IMG/VR virus record: IMGVR_UViG_3300042486_001390
Location: 26,565 to 90,564 of that record
Strand: one strand, 5' to 3'
Length of the DNA: 64,000 bases
Source of the DNA: a virus
The notes under the pieces: model-generated
The model's database searches: none
Told to the model about the DNA's origin: nothing
The model's input: the letters and a program-made list of their open reading frames with translations, nothing else
Shown here: piece by piece, positions 55,163 through 64,000 of the stretch
Layout: the number at the start of each line of letters is the position of its first letter
Position numbering within the stretch: position 1 is the first letter of the stretch
Made by a program: the position numbers and the translations under genes

Positions 55163-58062
55163 TAGGTATTTATATCCTGTAGATAACAGTTAGAGAATGG
55201 AATTGAAAAAGTGATCACAGATCCATTTAAGATAGTTTCTACCCTCAAAAGCCATTGATTGTCAAAAGTGTCAAAAGTTGCTTCTATAACTTTTCCGACC
55301 GCTCTTGGTGGGATAGTTCGCTCTCCTATCTCTACAGATGCAGCCGTTCGTATTAATACGGTTTCTTTTTTAAGATCAGGGAGGCTATCGATATAGACAC
55401 CATCAGCTGAGAATTCATCGATTACTGGTTCTGATTCAATTTCTACTATGTCAGAATTAGAGATCGATTCATTTTTTGGGCGTGTAAAAGTGGGACTGGC
55501 AACTTGAACAATTTCTTCTTTTATCTCTGATTGATATTCCAGAGAATCTTCTATCTCAAAAGTTTCTACTACTTTTGGCTCCTGATAGTGCAACACCATA
55601 CCCCTTGACTTAATTTCTAGTCGTCCATAACCAGCGTTTTCTAGCTGAGTAAGTAGGGTACGGGCGATAGAGGTATTTACTCTTTCTCCGTTAATTTTAC
55701 GTCCGCCAAATTTGCCGACAACTTCCCGGGGTGTCATTTTTCCAGCAGTTTTAACGATCTCCCAGATTTCGGATAAAATGCCCTGTACTGGATTTTCGTC
55801 CTGAGACGTGACTCCTTGAATTGTCAAGAATTGACTGATATAGAAGTCGGTCATCTTAGCAGCTTTAATGGCTGTTTGTACAGGAATACTGTAAAGATTA
55901 GTATTATCTGGATCAAATATCCAATTGAGAAGATGGATACTTAATGTAAGCCTTAAAAAGGTCTTCATTTGTTTGCCTAGGTAGGAAGCAAATGATGGAT
56001 TAATCGCTCGGTACTTCTTAATAAGTATCTCGTAATGGTATTTGATCCCGAAAGCGTAGTCTTCCCCGTTCGAGGTAAACCAACAATTATAAGGATCGAC
56101 AATCCCATTTTCATCAGCTTCTAGGCTAATTCCACTGATTTGATTGACCAGTGTTTCGATACACTCGTCAATAGAGTTGGGATCTTCTGGCGGTCTGCCA
56201 GGACGAGGATCAAGGGGTTCATGAAGTAAGAAAAGATACCGAGAAACCGCCCCGTCAACATCATTGGATAAATCAAGATATTTTCTGAGTTTCTCGACTT
56301 GTATCCCGCCTAATTTATTAAGTGTTTGCCCATCTAGGTAATATCTGCTGTCTTTGTTTACCCGGTCAAAAGTATTTCGGATAGGGCCATTCCAGTTACT
56401 TAAGTCTCGTTGCCGGTCATTCCCTTTACCGCCTGATCGGTACTGATTTAATCCCTCGAAAAATCCCGATAGCTCATCATATACGACTACCCCACCTTGC
56501 CAAGAAGGTTGCGAGGACATCGTTTTTAAAATACCGTCAAGAGTCCCCTCATCGTAAAACCACCGACGCGCCTGACAATGTTCTTTCTCATAAAGACGAG
56601 GGTTGATTTCAGCGTTTGTTTTGTTTGCCTTGCGATCTGACGCTGACATCTCTTGCCATGCGGCTTTTAGATCATCTAGCTTAGATTCTTCTTTAGTAAC
56701 TCTCTTCTGCTCGGCTAAATCTTTTCTTTTTAAAACCCGACAAACTTCATTTTGAGTGAGAGTTTTGCCAGTAGAAACCCCGCCTAAGTCTGCACAATAG
56801 AAGATCGGGTATTCCTTCCAGCATTCCCTTTCTCTTACAGTAGTTCGGAGGTTAATTGCAAACCGGCTACCTAAAATAGCTCCCAATATTGGCCATAAAG
56901 AATGCAGTAATCTGATTGGGGGTTGATTCAAAGTTTTGGCACGGGATATAATTGCCTCAGCTAAAGGTTGGGGAAGTATTTCAAAAAGATCAATCTCTTT
57001 TTTCTGGTAATGCTTACCTTTCAGGAAACCTTCTAGTCCTGTCTTGATAGCGTCCCCTTCCGCTATTTCTGTTTTACGGATTTCAATTAAATGCCGTATT
57101 TCTGCTGGTTTCTTACCAGTGGCTTTTGCCCACAGATCGACTTTTTCTTGCCACTGAGTTCGGGTGATTTCGTCCTGACCAATACAGCCGTCAATAGCTG
57201 TTATTAGGTCTTGAAAAGTCATCGTTTCTGTTACTGTGACTTCTTTTTCTTTGCTCTCTTTTATTTCTTTTGGTTCATCAACTATTGAAGCTAATAATTC
57301 CTTAAGATCGATTTTCTTTTCCTCAATCCAATTAAGAATATCTACCCCTTGAGAATCTGGTAAATGATCCCACAAAGGAGAGTCTGGATAGGCATAAAGC
57401 CATTTCGATTCTGGGAAGTCTTGATAAATTTTCTGGCAGTGAGCTACTCCTCCCTGATCGCGATCAGGGCATAAAATCAGATTTGCTCCCTTCAAAGCTT
57501 TCGTGTGATCTGGCTGCCATTTCTTTGATCCGCCTATATTACAAGTAGCAACTAATCCTAGAGATTCAAGCTTTTCTACCTTAGTCTCACCCTCAACTAT
57601 GAAAATCTGGATTCCTTCTTTAATAGCCTTTTCTAGGCGGTCCTGACGATAAAGAGGTATATCTTTGTACTCAATATCGCCTATGCCCCACTTCCAAGTT
57701 TTACCACTGTCTGTAGAATGCTGCTGCTTAATATCCTTTTTCCAGATACCATTCTCTTGATAGTCCTTCCGGTACACACGGACTCTTAACCCATTGGCAA
57801 GAGGGGGATAAAGGAAGTATTGGGCTTTTTCTTCTTTATAGGCAGAAAATTTGGGTTCTTTCTTAAGATAGTAGAGCGGTGTACCCTCACTATCTACTTT
57901 GCTCGATTTTTCCCATCCTGGTGCGGGGTCGTAGTTTCGCTTGCATACCGAGAGTAGATTGCCGTCCTCGGCTGTGTACATATAGCACCAATCAGTCTTA
58001 CCACAGTGGGGGCAAGGATTGTTTTCGTTGATCTTGACACGATTCGAGGATTGTGTTACCAT
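55162..58062 (-). CDS. Primase-helicase: zinc finger + TOPRIM + DUF3987-like P-loop domain
   Basis: CPHC..DWC; IVEGE...CPDRD; GGVSTGKT, YDELSG; start probably MVTQ. Confidence 0.85.
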   Translation of the reverse strand: MVTQSSNRVKINENNPCPHCGKTDWCYMYTAEDGNLLSVCKRNYDPAPGWEKSSKVDSEGTPLYYLKKEPKFSAYKEEKAQYFLYPPLANGLRVRVYRKDYQENGIWKKDIKQQHSTDSGKTWKWGIGDIEYKDIPLYRQDRLEKAIKEGIQIFIVEGETKVEKLESLGLVATCNIGGSKKWQPDHTKALKGANLILCPDRDQGGVAHCQKIYQDFPESKWLYAYPDSPLWDHLPDSQGVDILNWIEEKKIDLKELLASIVDEPKEIKESKEKEVTVTETMTFQDLITAIDGCIGQDEITRTQWQEKVDLWAKATGKKPAEIRHLIEIRKTEIAEGDAIKTGLEGFLKGKHYQKKEIDLFEILPQPLAEAIISRAKTLNQPPIRLLHSLWPILGAILGSRFAINLRTTVRERECWKEYPIFYCADLGGVSTGKTLTQNEVCRVLKRKDLAEQKRVTKEESKLDDLKAAWQEMSASDRKANKTNAEINPRLYEKEHCQARRWFYDEGTLDGILKTMSSQPSWQGGVVVYDELSGFFEGLNQYRSGGKGNDRQRDLSNWNGPIRNTFDRVNKDSRYYLDGQTLNKLGGIQVEKLRKYLDLSNDVDGAVSRYLFLLHEPLDPRPGRPPEDPNSIDECIETLVNQISGISLEADENGIVDPYNCWFTSNGEDYAFGIKYHYEILIKKYRAINPSFASYLGKQMKTFLRLTLSIHLLNWIFDPDNTNLYSIPVQTAIKAAKMTDFYISQFLTIQGVTSQDENPVQGILSEIWEIVKTAGKMTPREVVGKFGGRKINGERVNTSIARTLLTQLENAGYGRLEIKSRGMVLHYQEPKVVETFEIEDSLEYQSEIKEEIVQVASPTFTRPKNESISNSDIVEIESEPVIDEFSADGVYIDSLPDLKKETVLIRTAASVEIGERTIPPRAVGKVIEATFDTFDNQWLLRVETILNGSVITFSIPFSNCYLQDINT

Positions 58063-58203
58063 AAATGTTATTGAAATAAAAGTGTTTTGTTTACAGACCC
58101 GCTTCCGAGCGGGTTTTTTGTTGGGTAGATGGGTAGGAGGGAGCAAATCAAAGTATTTACTATCCTAGCAGAAATTTCTTGATCGGTAAATACTACACTT
58201 GCA

Positions 58204-58452
58204 CTACACTTGTAAATCCTTGCTACGCTTAGGTTCTGGGTCACGCAAAGAGTTGTAAAAGGCATCTTCGCCCTCTTTTCTAGCAGTGAGTTCGTCCTCA
58301 ATGGGGATAAAAAGGTAAAACTTTAGGGCAATTTCAAATGCCTCTTGGGTTTTTAGTCCTAAAACCTTTGATCTTTGGCACATCTCGTCCCATAGTTCTT
58401 TCTTAACCCGGATTGACACAACTTTTATTGGAGCATCTTGATTGGCAGACAT
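58204..58452 (-). CDS. RHH-like regulator
   Basis: VVSIRVKKELWDEM...AFEIALK. Confidence 0.55.
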   Translation of the reverse strand: MSANQDAPIKVVSIRVKKELWDEMCQRSKVLGLKTQEAFEIALKFYLFIPIEDELTARKEGEDAFYNSLRDPEPKRSKDLQV

Positions 58453-58617
58453 AGTTCATACAGAATTTTCTGTATTATATCATAAAAGTTGAGATTGCCT
58501 GTAAGTTTTTTGTAAGTTTTTTGTAGGGTAGTAAGCTTTTCTGTGTTCTGCCCCAAAAGATTTACAGAAAGAAGTTTACCAATATTTACAGGAGAAACTG
58601 ATCGGAGCATAACAGAG

Positions 58618-58645
58618 AAAACAGAGGGTTAACCCTCTGTTTTTT
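58618..58645. terminator. Bidirectional terminator
   Basis: AAAACAGAGGG-TTAA-CCCTCTGTTTTTT. Confidence 0.75.
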
Positions 58646-58657
58646 ATTTGAGATTTA

Positions 58658-59014
58658 TTAAAACATATCATTTTTTGCTTGATATGTTCTAACTGGAGTA
58701 AATCCTTCTTTATCTTTTCGGTTAATTCCATAGTCACTTAAGTACGGACCGTAAAGGGGAATACATTCTAAATGTCTATAATAATTCTCTAAGTTCCATC
58801 GGCTGCCATCAGAAAATACATAAACCGTATATCCGTAAACTATTTCAATTTTTTCTAGACTCCCAAGTATTCTTTTTGAATGAATACTTCTAAAAATCTT
58901 TTTTTCTGCCTGTTTTTTTTCTTGTTCTATTTTTTCTGGACTCAGTTGTACGGGGTCAGGACGGGTCCACTCTATTTCACAAGCAGGACAATCTGAAGAG
59001 ACGAAAAAAGACAT
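58658..59014 (-). CDS. Hypothetical protein
   Basis: 118 aa, AGGAG RBS. Confidence 0.55.
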   Translation of the reverse strand: MSFFVSSDCPACEIEWTRPDPVQLSPEKIEQEKKQAEKKIFRSIHSKRILGSLEKIEIVYGYTVYVFSDGSRWNLENYYRHLECIPLYGPYLSDYGINRKDKEGFTPVRTYQAKNDMF

Positions 59015-59067
59015 AATACTCCTAATTGTTTTGATTTTTTAACTAATTATTGATCACTTACAACTAA

Positions 59068-59337
59068 TTACTGATCGCTTACATCTGATAACTGATAACT
59101 AAGAATTTGTATATCAAATGTAAGGCACTCTATCTCAATTAATAAAACTTTAATCGTTTCTAATGCACATCTTGCTTCTACACAGTCTAAAGACACTAAT
59201 TTATCGAGCATTTGTTCATAGAGAATAGCTTTTTCCTCTTTATTGAAGCCACTAGCATCTTCTAACTTTAATAATTTTTCGATCATTTCTTGAAGCTGAA
59301 AAGAGGCTGGCTCATTCAATATTAGTGGTTTTGTCAT
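59068..59337 (-). CDS. Hypothetical helical protein, related to 59393..59845
   Basis: FNKEEKAILYEQMLDKL versus SSKEEKTVFFELMLLDL. Confidence 0.55.
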   Translation of the reverse strand: MTKPLILNEPASFQLQEMIEKLLKLEDASGFNKEEKAILYEQMLDKLVSLDCVEARCALETIKVLLIEIECLTFDIQILSYQLSDVSDQ

Positions 59338-59392
59338 TGTTTTACTCCTAATTGTTTTGATTTTTAGTTGATAACTGATAGCTAATTTTAAA

Positions 59393-59845
59393 CTAATCTA
59401 ACTTAGATAGTAAAGCTTCAATTGTCTTTATCCCATTTCCTGCCGCTACACATCCGTCTTTAGAAGCTAAAAGCGACAAATCTAAAAGCATTAATTCAAA
59501 AAAGACTGTTTTTTCTTCTTTGCTAGAAAAGGGAAAAATATCATGGACTTGGTCTGCTAGTTTTGTGGCCATCAGTAGAATTTCGGGGTTGAGTGTATTT
59601 TTTTGGTTCATTGTTTTTTCCAGTTTAGATAGCAGGGTTTCAATGACATGAAATGTGGTTCCGCACCAACTTTTCATGTAGATATTAAGTCTATAGCAAT
59701 TGTAGAGGTTTGTAAGCACTTGCTCAAAGATATCTTCTTGATCTCCTCTTTCTAAAGAAGCAAATATTTCTCTACCGACTGTATCTGCTAATTTTTGGGA
59801 TAGCAGTCTAATTTGAATTTTTGTACGTGCATGATTTTGGCTCAT
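59393..59845 (-). CDS. Hypothetical protein with two internal helical repeats
   Basis: KLADTV...IETLLSKLE / KLADQV...IEALLSKLD. Confidence 0.6.
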   Translation of the reverse strand: MSQNHARTKIQIRLLSQKLADTVGREIFASLERGDQEDIFEQVLTNLYNCYRLNIYMKSWCGTTFHVIETLLSKLEKTMNQKNTLNPEILLMATKLADQVHDIFPFSSKEEKTVFFELMLLDLSLLASKDGCVAAGNGIKTIEALLSKLD

Positions 59846-59894
59846 CGTTTTTTAATTTATTTAGCAATTTCTAACCGATAACTGATAACTAATC

Positions 59895-60944
59895 CTATAA
59901 TCTCTCTACAAAATCAATAACTTTTTCCCATAACTCTTTGGGAAAATCTACGGTCATTGTATCATCGTCTGTTTGCCTTGCATTTCCTTCGGTTGCTAAA
60001 GTCATTAGTAGATACTTAATGTCTTTAGCTTTAGGAGTAAGTTTAATGGGTTTTGGTTCCGTTTCGTGGCTAGGTTTTACACTCTCATCGGAGTCAGTTG
60101 GATTTTTAGACTCTATAAAGTTGGCTGTTACCGATTCGACTAATTCCCCAGTGGCTTTTATCCCTTTTTCTTCTGCTATAGCTACAGTCTCTAAAAGCAC
60201 ATTTTCTTTTTCCGAGAGTGTTAGTTCATTTTTCCTTACAAGATTGTGTAAAGTCGTTTCCGATACTTTACCTTCGATTGCTTTTAATGTCGGACTAGAC
60301 ATCGAGGAAATCTCTAAAGTTCGGTTATATTCTGATTTTTTCCATCCCGTCTTTTCACAAAACTGTTGGCAGGACTGCTCTTCAGTTAAACCAGCTAATC
60401 TATCCTCGTGTAAATGCCGTCTAATCAATTTTGCCTTATCGTACACTGATAACTTTTCGCTATCAGTGCCGTAGGAGAGCATTTGATACTCTAAATCACG
60501 GACGGTCAGACCTGATGCTAGAGGCTTAATAATTGCCAAAACATTAGGAACAATAATCTCTTGAGAGGCTAAAAGCAACCAAGCCAAGACCCTTCGATGG
60601 CCGTCCATGGGAAACAATCTATCGCCGTCGGCGACTAAATGTAAAGGTTGATAAATTGTTCCCGATGCTAGTATTTTATCGGCTAGTTCTTGAATTAACT
60701 CCAAGTCGTAGGTAACGCGAGTGTTCCATCCGTTTTCACCTGAGATGGACTCAATTAAGTCTTGACTAAAGGTTAAATGGGTTTCGCTAGGTAGGACGCG
60801 CATTTTGCCGTCGTCATGTATTCCTATTCTCGGCCCGATAAAATCACCATTAGCCATTCTAAAAGAAATTAGTCGGGGATCGATCACTATTAACTCCCGT
60901 GCAGAGCCATAGGCTCTGATTTTGTCTCTTGATTTTGCGCTCAT
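59895..60944 (-). CDS. ParB/Srx-domain protein
   Basis: IQELADKILASG..QPL...DGHRR. Confidence 0.75.
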   Translation of the reverse strand: MSAKSRDKIRAYGSARELIVIDPRLISFRMANGDFIGPRIGIHDDGKMRVLPSETHLTFSQDLIESISGENGWNTRVTYDLELIQELADKILASGTIYQPLHLVADGDRLFPMDGHRRVLAWLLLASQEIIVPNVLAIIKPLASGLTVRDLEYQMLSYGTDSEKLSVYDKAKLIRRHLHEDRLAGLTEEQSCQQFCEKTGWKKSEYNRTLEISSMSSPTLKAIEGKVSETTLHNLVRKNELTLSEKENVLLETVAIAEEKGIKATGELVESVTANFIESKNPTDSDESVKPSHETEPKPIKLTPKAKDIKYLLMTLATEGNARQTDDDTMTVDFPKELWEKVIDFVERL

Positions 60945-60985
60945 TTTGTTACTCCTCAGTTGTGATTGTTGGTTTGTTTTTACGT

Positions 60986-61405
60986 TTAAGACATTTTTAG
61001 GTCTTCATAGCGTTTTCCCCATTCGTTAACAAGAATCGTAATTTCTGGAAAATTAATCGCCTTACCTTTAATCCATATATACGGATTATTTGATTCTGAT
61101 AAACTTGTTAATGTTTCAAATAGCAAGTTCGCAGAATTGAAATCTACAAATGTTAAGTTAATTTTGATTACTTTCTTAGTCTTGCCAGAATCGCAAGTAA
61201 TCTCAAAATCTGCCCTTAATTGCTGTACTTGATCAATGCCTACACTAAAAACTGGATTAGCTACCAATCCATGTAAGCAAATACTTTCGACTTGCCCTGT
61301 ACTTAAAACTTTCCATTGGTTTTTGCTGCTTTCAACCAAGATTTCTTGTATTTGCTGGGAAGTCAGTTCATCCCACCAATCACGACTTAAGAGATTCAAA
61401 TTCAT
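60986..61405 (-). CDS. Hypothetical protein
   Basis: 139 aa, AAGGAG RBS. Confidence 0.55.
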   Translation of the reverse strand: MNLNLLSRDWWDELTSQQIQEILVESSKNQWKVLSTGQVESICLHGLVANPVFSVGIDQVQQLRADFEITCDSGKTKKVIKINLTFVDFNSANLLFETLTSLSESNNPYIWIKGKAINFPEITILVNEWGKRYEDLKMS

Positions 61406-61486
61406 TTAATACTCCTTAATTTCCATTTTTAGATTTTTTAGCTTTTTAGGTTTTTAGGTTGCTGATAACTGACAACTGGCAACTAA

Positions 61487-62278
61487 TTAAAAATCTTCAC
61501 TAAGAAGTTCACTAGGATCAATATTTTCACTGCCAACTTCTATTACCATTGCGTCTATAGCTTTTTTCAGGAGGTCGGCTAATTCTTTTTCAGAAGTTGC
61601 TTGTTGGGCGACTTGCTCTGCTTGTGATTTAAGTAATCCTTTATTTACAGCCCAAGCGATGCCAGCTTGCTTGCGCTCTTCTGATAGCACCGACTGTGGT
61701 TTGCTTGGCAAAGATACTTCCACATCTACTACATTACCAGATTCGCCAATTTCAGCGCCTAGTTCATCAGGAATATAAATAGGTGCGCCAAGTGCTAAGT
61801 CGGGGCAAAACTCACGGAACCCGGTAGAAATCGCCCTTGCAAAAAGCATAGGTTTGGGGTATTTTTTCCAGTTAGGATTCCCTCCGAGAAGTCCCGCTAC
61901 TTGGGCATCGTGGATTGAAAAAGAACTAATCCCTAACGGCTCCCAGTTGTTTTGCCAAAGCTCAAAAAATTCTAATTCGCAGATTTCTGGCGTGTGTTTA
62001 ATTTTTTTGTATCGGTATTTACCCGATCCTTTAATTAAAGCTGCCATTAAATTAGCACTTAGTGCAGGTTTCCCCTGTATTAAATGAATACCAGTCATCG
62101 AAGCAAAAGCAGGGATTCCTAACTCTTTTCCCGCTAAAACTTTGACAAAACATTTAGCAGCACTTTGTACATCCCCAAACATTCCTGATTTTGCCAAAAT
62201 ATCAGAAACTTTGTAAATATCATCGACTGTTTTAAGTTCTAATGGGGAAGATTTGATATTGACAATTTCACTAGACAT
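61487..62278 (-). CDS. RecT/Bet-like single-strand annealing protein (start MSSE)
   Basis: GKELGI...IHLIQGKP...WKKYPKPMLFARA...FCPD..G.IY.PDE. Confidence 0.75.
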   Translation of the reverse strand: MSSEIVNIKSSPLELKTVDDIYKVSDILAKSGMFGDVQSAAKCFVKVLAGKELGIPAFASMTGIHLIQGKPALSANLMAALIKGSGKYRYKKIKHTPEICELEFFELWQNNWEPLGISSFSIHDAQVAGLLGGNPNWKKYPKPMLFARAISTGFREFCPDLALGAPIYIPDELGAEIGESGNVVDVEVSLPSKPQSVLSEERKQAGIAWAVNKGLLKSQAEQVAQQATSEKELADLLKKAIDAMVIEVGSENIDPSELLSEDF

Positions 62279-62288
62279 AATATTTCTC

Positions 62289-62579
62289 CTAAAAATAGGT
62301 GTAAGGATCGCTGAACTTAAGAGATGAAGGAAACTCATCTATTTCTTTACCAGCAAAATACTTGACCACACTTGGGCAAGTGACATTATGAGCCTCTGTT
62401 ACTTCCAGAAGTTTCGACATAACCACTTGCTGTGCTTCATTTAAAAGAAATTCATAGCAAGCATCAGTATCTTCGCCGTCTTCTGGTTTTCCATGAATAT
62501 TTATACTCACATTCACAAACTCAAAATTACCAAGGTTGACTCTCTGAGTGTAATCCACCGAGATATGGGTAATAAGCAT
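62289..62579 (-). CDS. Conserved phage hypothetical protein
   Basis: ISVDY...VNLGNFE; preceded by TTGACA-N17-TAAGAT. Confidence 0.65.
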   Translation of the reverse strand: MLITHISVDYTQRVNLGNFEFVNVSINIHGKPEDGEDTDACYEFLLNEAQQVVMSKLLEVTEAHNVTCPSVVKYFAGKEIDEFPSSLKFSDPYTYF

Positions 62580-62702
62580 TTTTCCTCTGAAACTCGATTA
62601 ATACAATCTTATAGTAAATTGCTAGAATTGTCAAGCATTTTTAAGAAAAAACCTTACAAAAAAATTACAAAAAGATAGTAGTACAAAAGAACTAAGTTAT
62701 TA

Positions 62703-62835
62703 TTGTAAATAGATTGTAGATAAGGGTATCTACAATGAAACTATTGATATATATAGGTTTCAGGCTTTGTTAATACTGTTATCACTATCCCCCAATATTA
62801 TTTTTTTTTACACTCTTACTGTCTAGTTCGTTTAT
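62703..62835 (+). repeat. Single multi-box arm element
   Basis: TTGTAAATAGATTGTAGATAAGGGTATCTACAATGAAA...GATATATATAGGTTTCAGGCTTTGTT; close to 22296-22400. Confidence 0.85.
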
Positions 62836-62959
62836 CGAAAATTTAGGATAAGGGGAAATAGCGATCGCTACAAGCCTAGAGTGTGTTTTAATGCTTGATC
62901 AATTTCTGCTGTCGGCATTGAGCCAATCACACAGTAAATTGTCAGGACTGATTGCCATT

Positions 62960-63928
62960 TTAGGTTAAGGCATAACGAGAACCAATTTTACCGATTGCAT
63001 CGGTGGCACTGAAACGAACGCTATCTTCCGCATCGGATAAAGCCTTGAGTAACCCAGGAATCGCTGTTTCTGTGCCAATCTTAGCCAAAGATTCAGCCGC
63101 TTTAGCGCAAATTCTGGGGTGGTTATCATCTAGTTTTTTAGAGAGGGAGTTAATGACGATTTTGGTATATTCATTAATTTTAATCATATTGTTTTCTGTA
63201 GTGACTAATTGGAGTAACTTGTCTTTTGTCTCTGCCAAATTCTTATCTTCTGTATTGCGCTGTAAACTTTGAGTATTATAAATTTTTTTAATTAATTCTT
63301 CACCAGCAGAAAAAACATTACTATCTGAATATTTGGTTGTACTGGCTTCTTCAAAAAATATATTAATTCCCTCTGACCATTCAGCTTTTAACTCTGAGTC
63401 ATCTACTTGCTCTAATAGATTATTACTAAGAGATTGAAGTTCTTGAAGCTGCGTTTTGACATGAGGTGCTTTCGCATAAATTCTTCCCCAAGTGGCCAAA
63501 AAATCAAAAGTTTGTTCGGCAATTAAAGGGGTTCCGTCCGCAAGACTAACTTTAAAAAAAGCGTCGAGGGCAGGGGCAAGAAGCGCAAAAATTGGTAATT
63601 CCCAACTATTGACAGAAGCGGTAAGAACAAGTAGGCTGATTCTAGATGGACTATCAGGGGGAATACTATTGCGAGATAAAATTGACGCAATAAATAACCA
63701 AACAACCTCATTGTTAATCTCGCTGTCATTCTGTAGAAGCTTACGTCCCAATACCCCTAAGCCGATTTCTGAAGCTTTGATCGATCCCAGTGCCAACAGA
63801 TCTGCAAACTCTCTAACATGACTATCCACCCTTCTCAGATTGCCGAAAGCTCTATCAATTTCTTCTCTAGCGTTATCACTATCGCCAGAGTCTAAAAATT
63901 GTTGTACTCTTCTAAGCATCGTTGTCAT
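62960..63928 (-). CDS. HEAT-repeat (PBS-lyase-like) protein, possibly host DNA
   Basis: AAESLAKIG..TAIPGLLKALSDAEDSVRFSATDAIGKIG. Confidence 0.7.
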   Translation of the reverse strand: MTTMLRRVQQFLDSGDSDNAREEIDRAFGNLRRVDSHVREFADLLALGSIKASEIGLGVLGRKLLQNDSEINNEVVWLFIASILSRNSIPPDSPSRISLLVLTASVNSWELPIFALLAPALDAFFKVSLADGTPLIAEQTFDFLATWGRIYAKAPHVKTQLQELQSLSNNLLEQVDDSELKAEWSEGINIFFEEASTTKYSDSNVFSAGEELIKKIYNTQSLQRNTEDKNLAETKDKLLQLVTTENNMIKINEYTKIVINSLSKKLDDNHPRICAKAAESLAKIGTETAIPGLLKALSDAEDSVRFSATDAIGKIGSRYALT

Positions 63929-64000
63929 TCTGTTTGGGGCGAAGGGATAAAGGTAAGACCACTGCGAATTTCAATATCTACACGGGCGTTTTTAGTTTTA

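Noticed and set aside
49232-63821. Plus-strand ORFs such as 49679..50224, 59938..60474 and 63492..63821
   Set aside because: Antisense shadows of well-supported minus-strand genes, with no RBS or motifs.
1-64000. Complete DGR, integrase or cas genes
   Set aside because: No RT (YxDD), AAC-rich template repeat, recombinase or Cas ORF recognised in the window.

Overview
This window is mostly an AT-rich (~36% GC by eye) temperate-looking siphovirus-type cyanophage or prophage, probably from a Microcystis-like freshwater cyanobacterium (nblA, (CTGATAA)n heptamer repeats, cyanobacterial-type thymidylate synthase, FGE-sulfatase/CLec genes). Virion genes are scattered: tail tube/chaperones at 0-2.9 kb, terminase on + at 11-13.5 kb, tail-fibre genes on + at 23-26.5 kb, capsid/protease/portal at 34.6-43.4 kb, and lysin plus DUF2460/DUF2163 tail tip at 43.8-49.4 kb. 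Other modules are nucleotide metabolism (nrdA, nrdB, thyA), a DNA methylase, and replication/recombination (SF2 helicase, TOPRIM-DUF3987 primase, ParB-like, SSAP). Long runs of small genes each have their own sigma70-type promoter. No integrase, reverse transcriptase or cas gene is visible. The most notable signals are non-coding: (1) a repeat-short spacer-degenerate repeat unit resembling a type I-D CRISPR repeat at ~10.2-10.3 kb, (2) a complete type II hammerhead ribozyme overlapping the next gene's RBS at ~17.15 kb, (3) a family of ~95-bp multi-box 'arm' elements in inverted pairs at four loci, (4) a stand-alone TnpB omega-RNA-like segment and a promoter-terminator sRNA unit. At protein level there are a DGR-like variable region without RT, a split DUF2460 with repeated YC peptides, and an array of six paralogs with conserved ends. 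All assignments come from reading motifs by eye; no searches were run.
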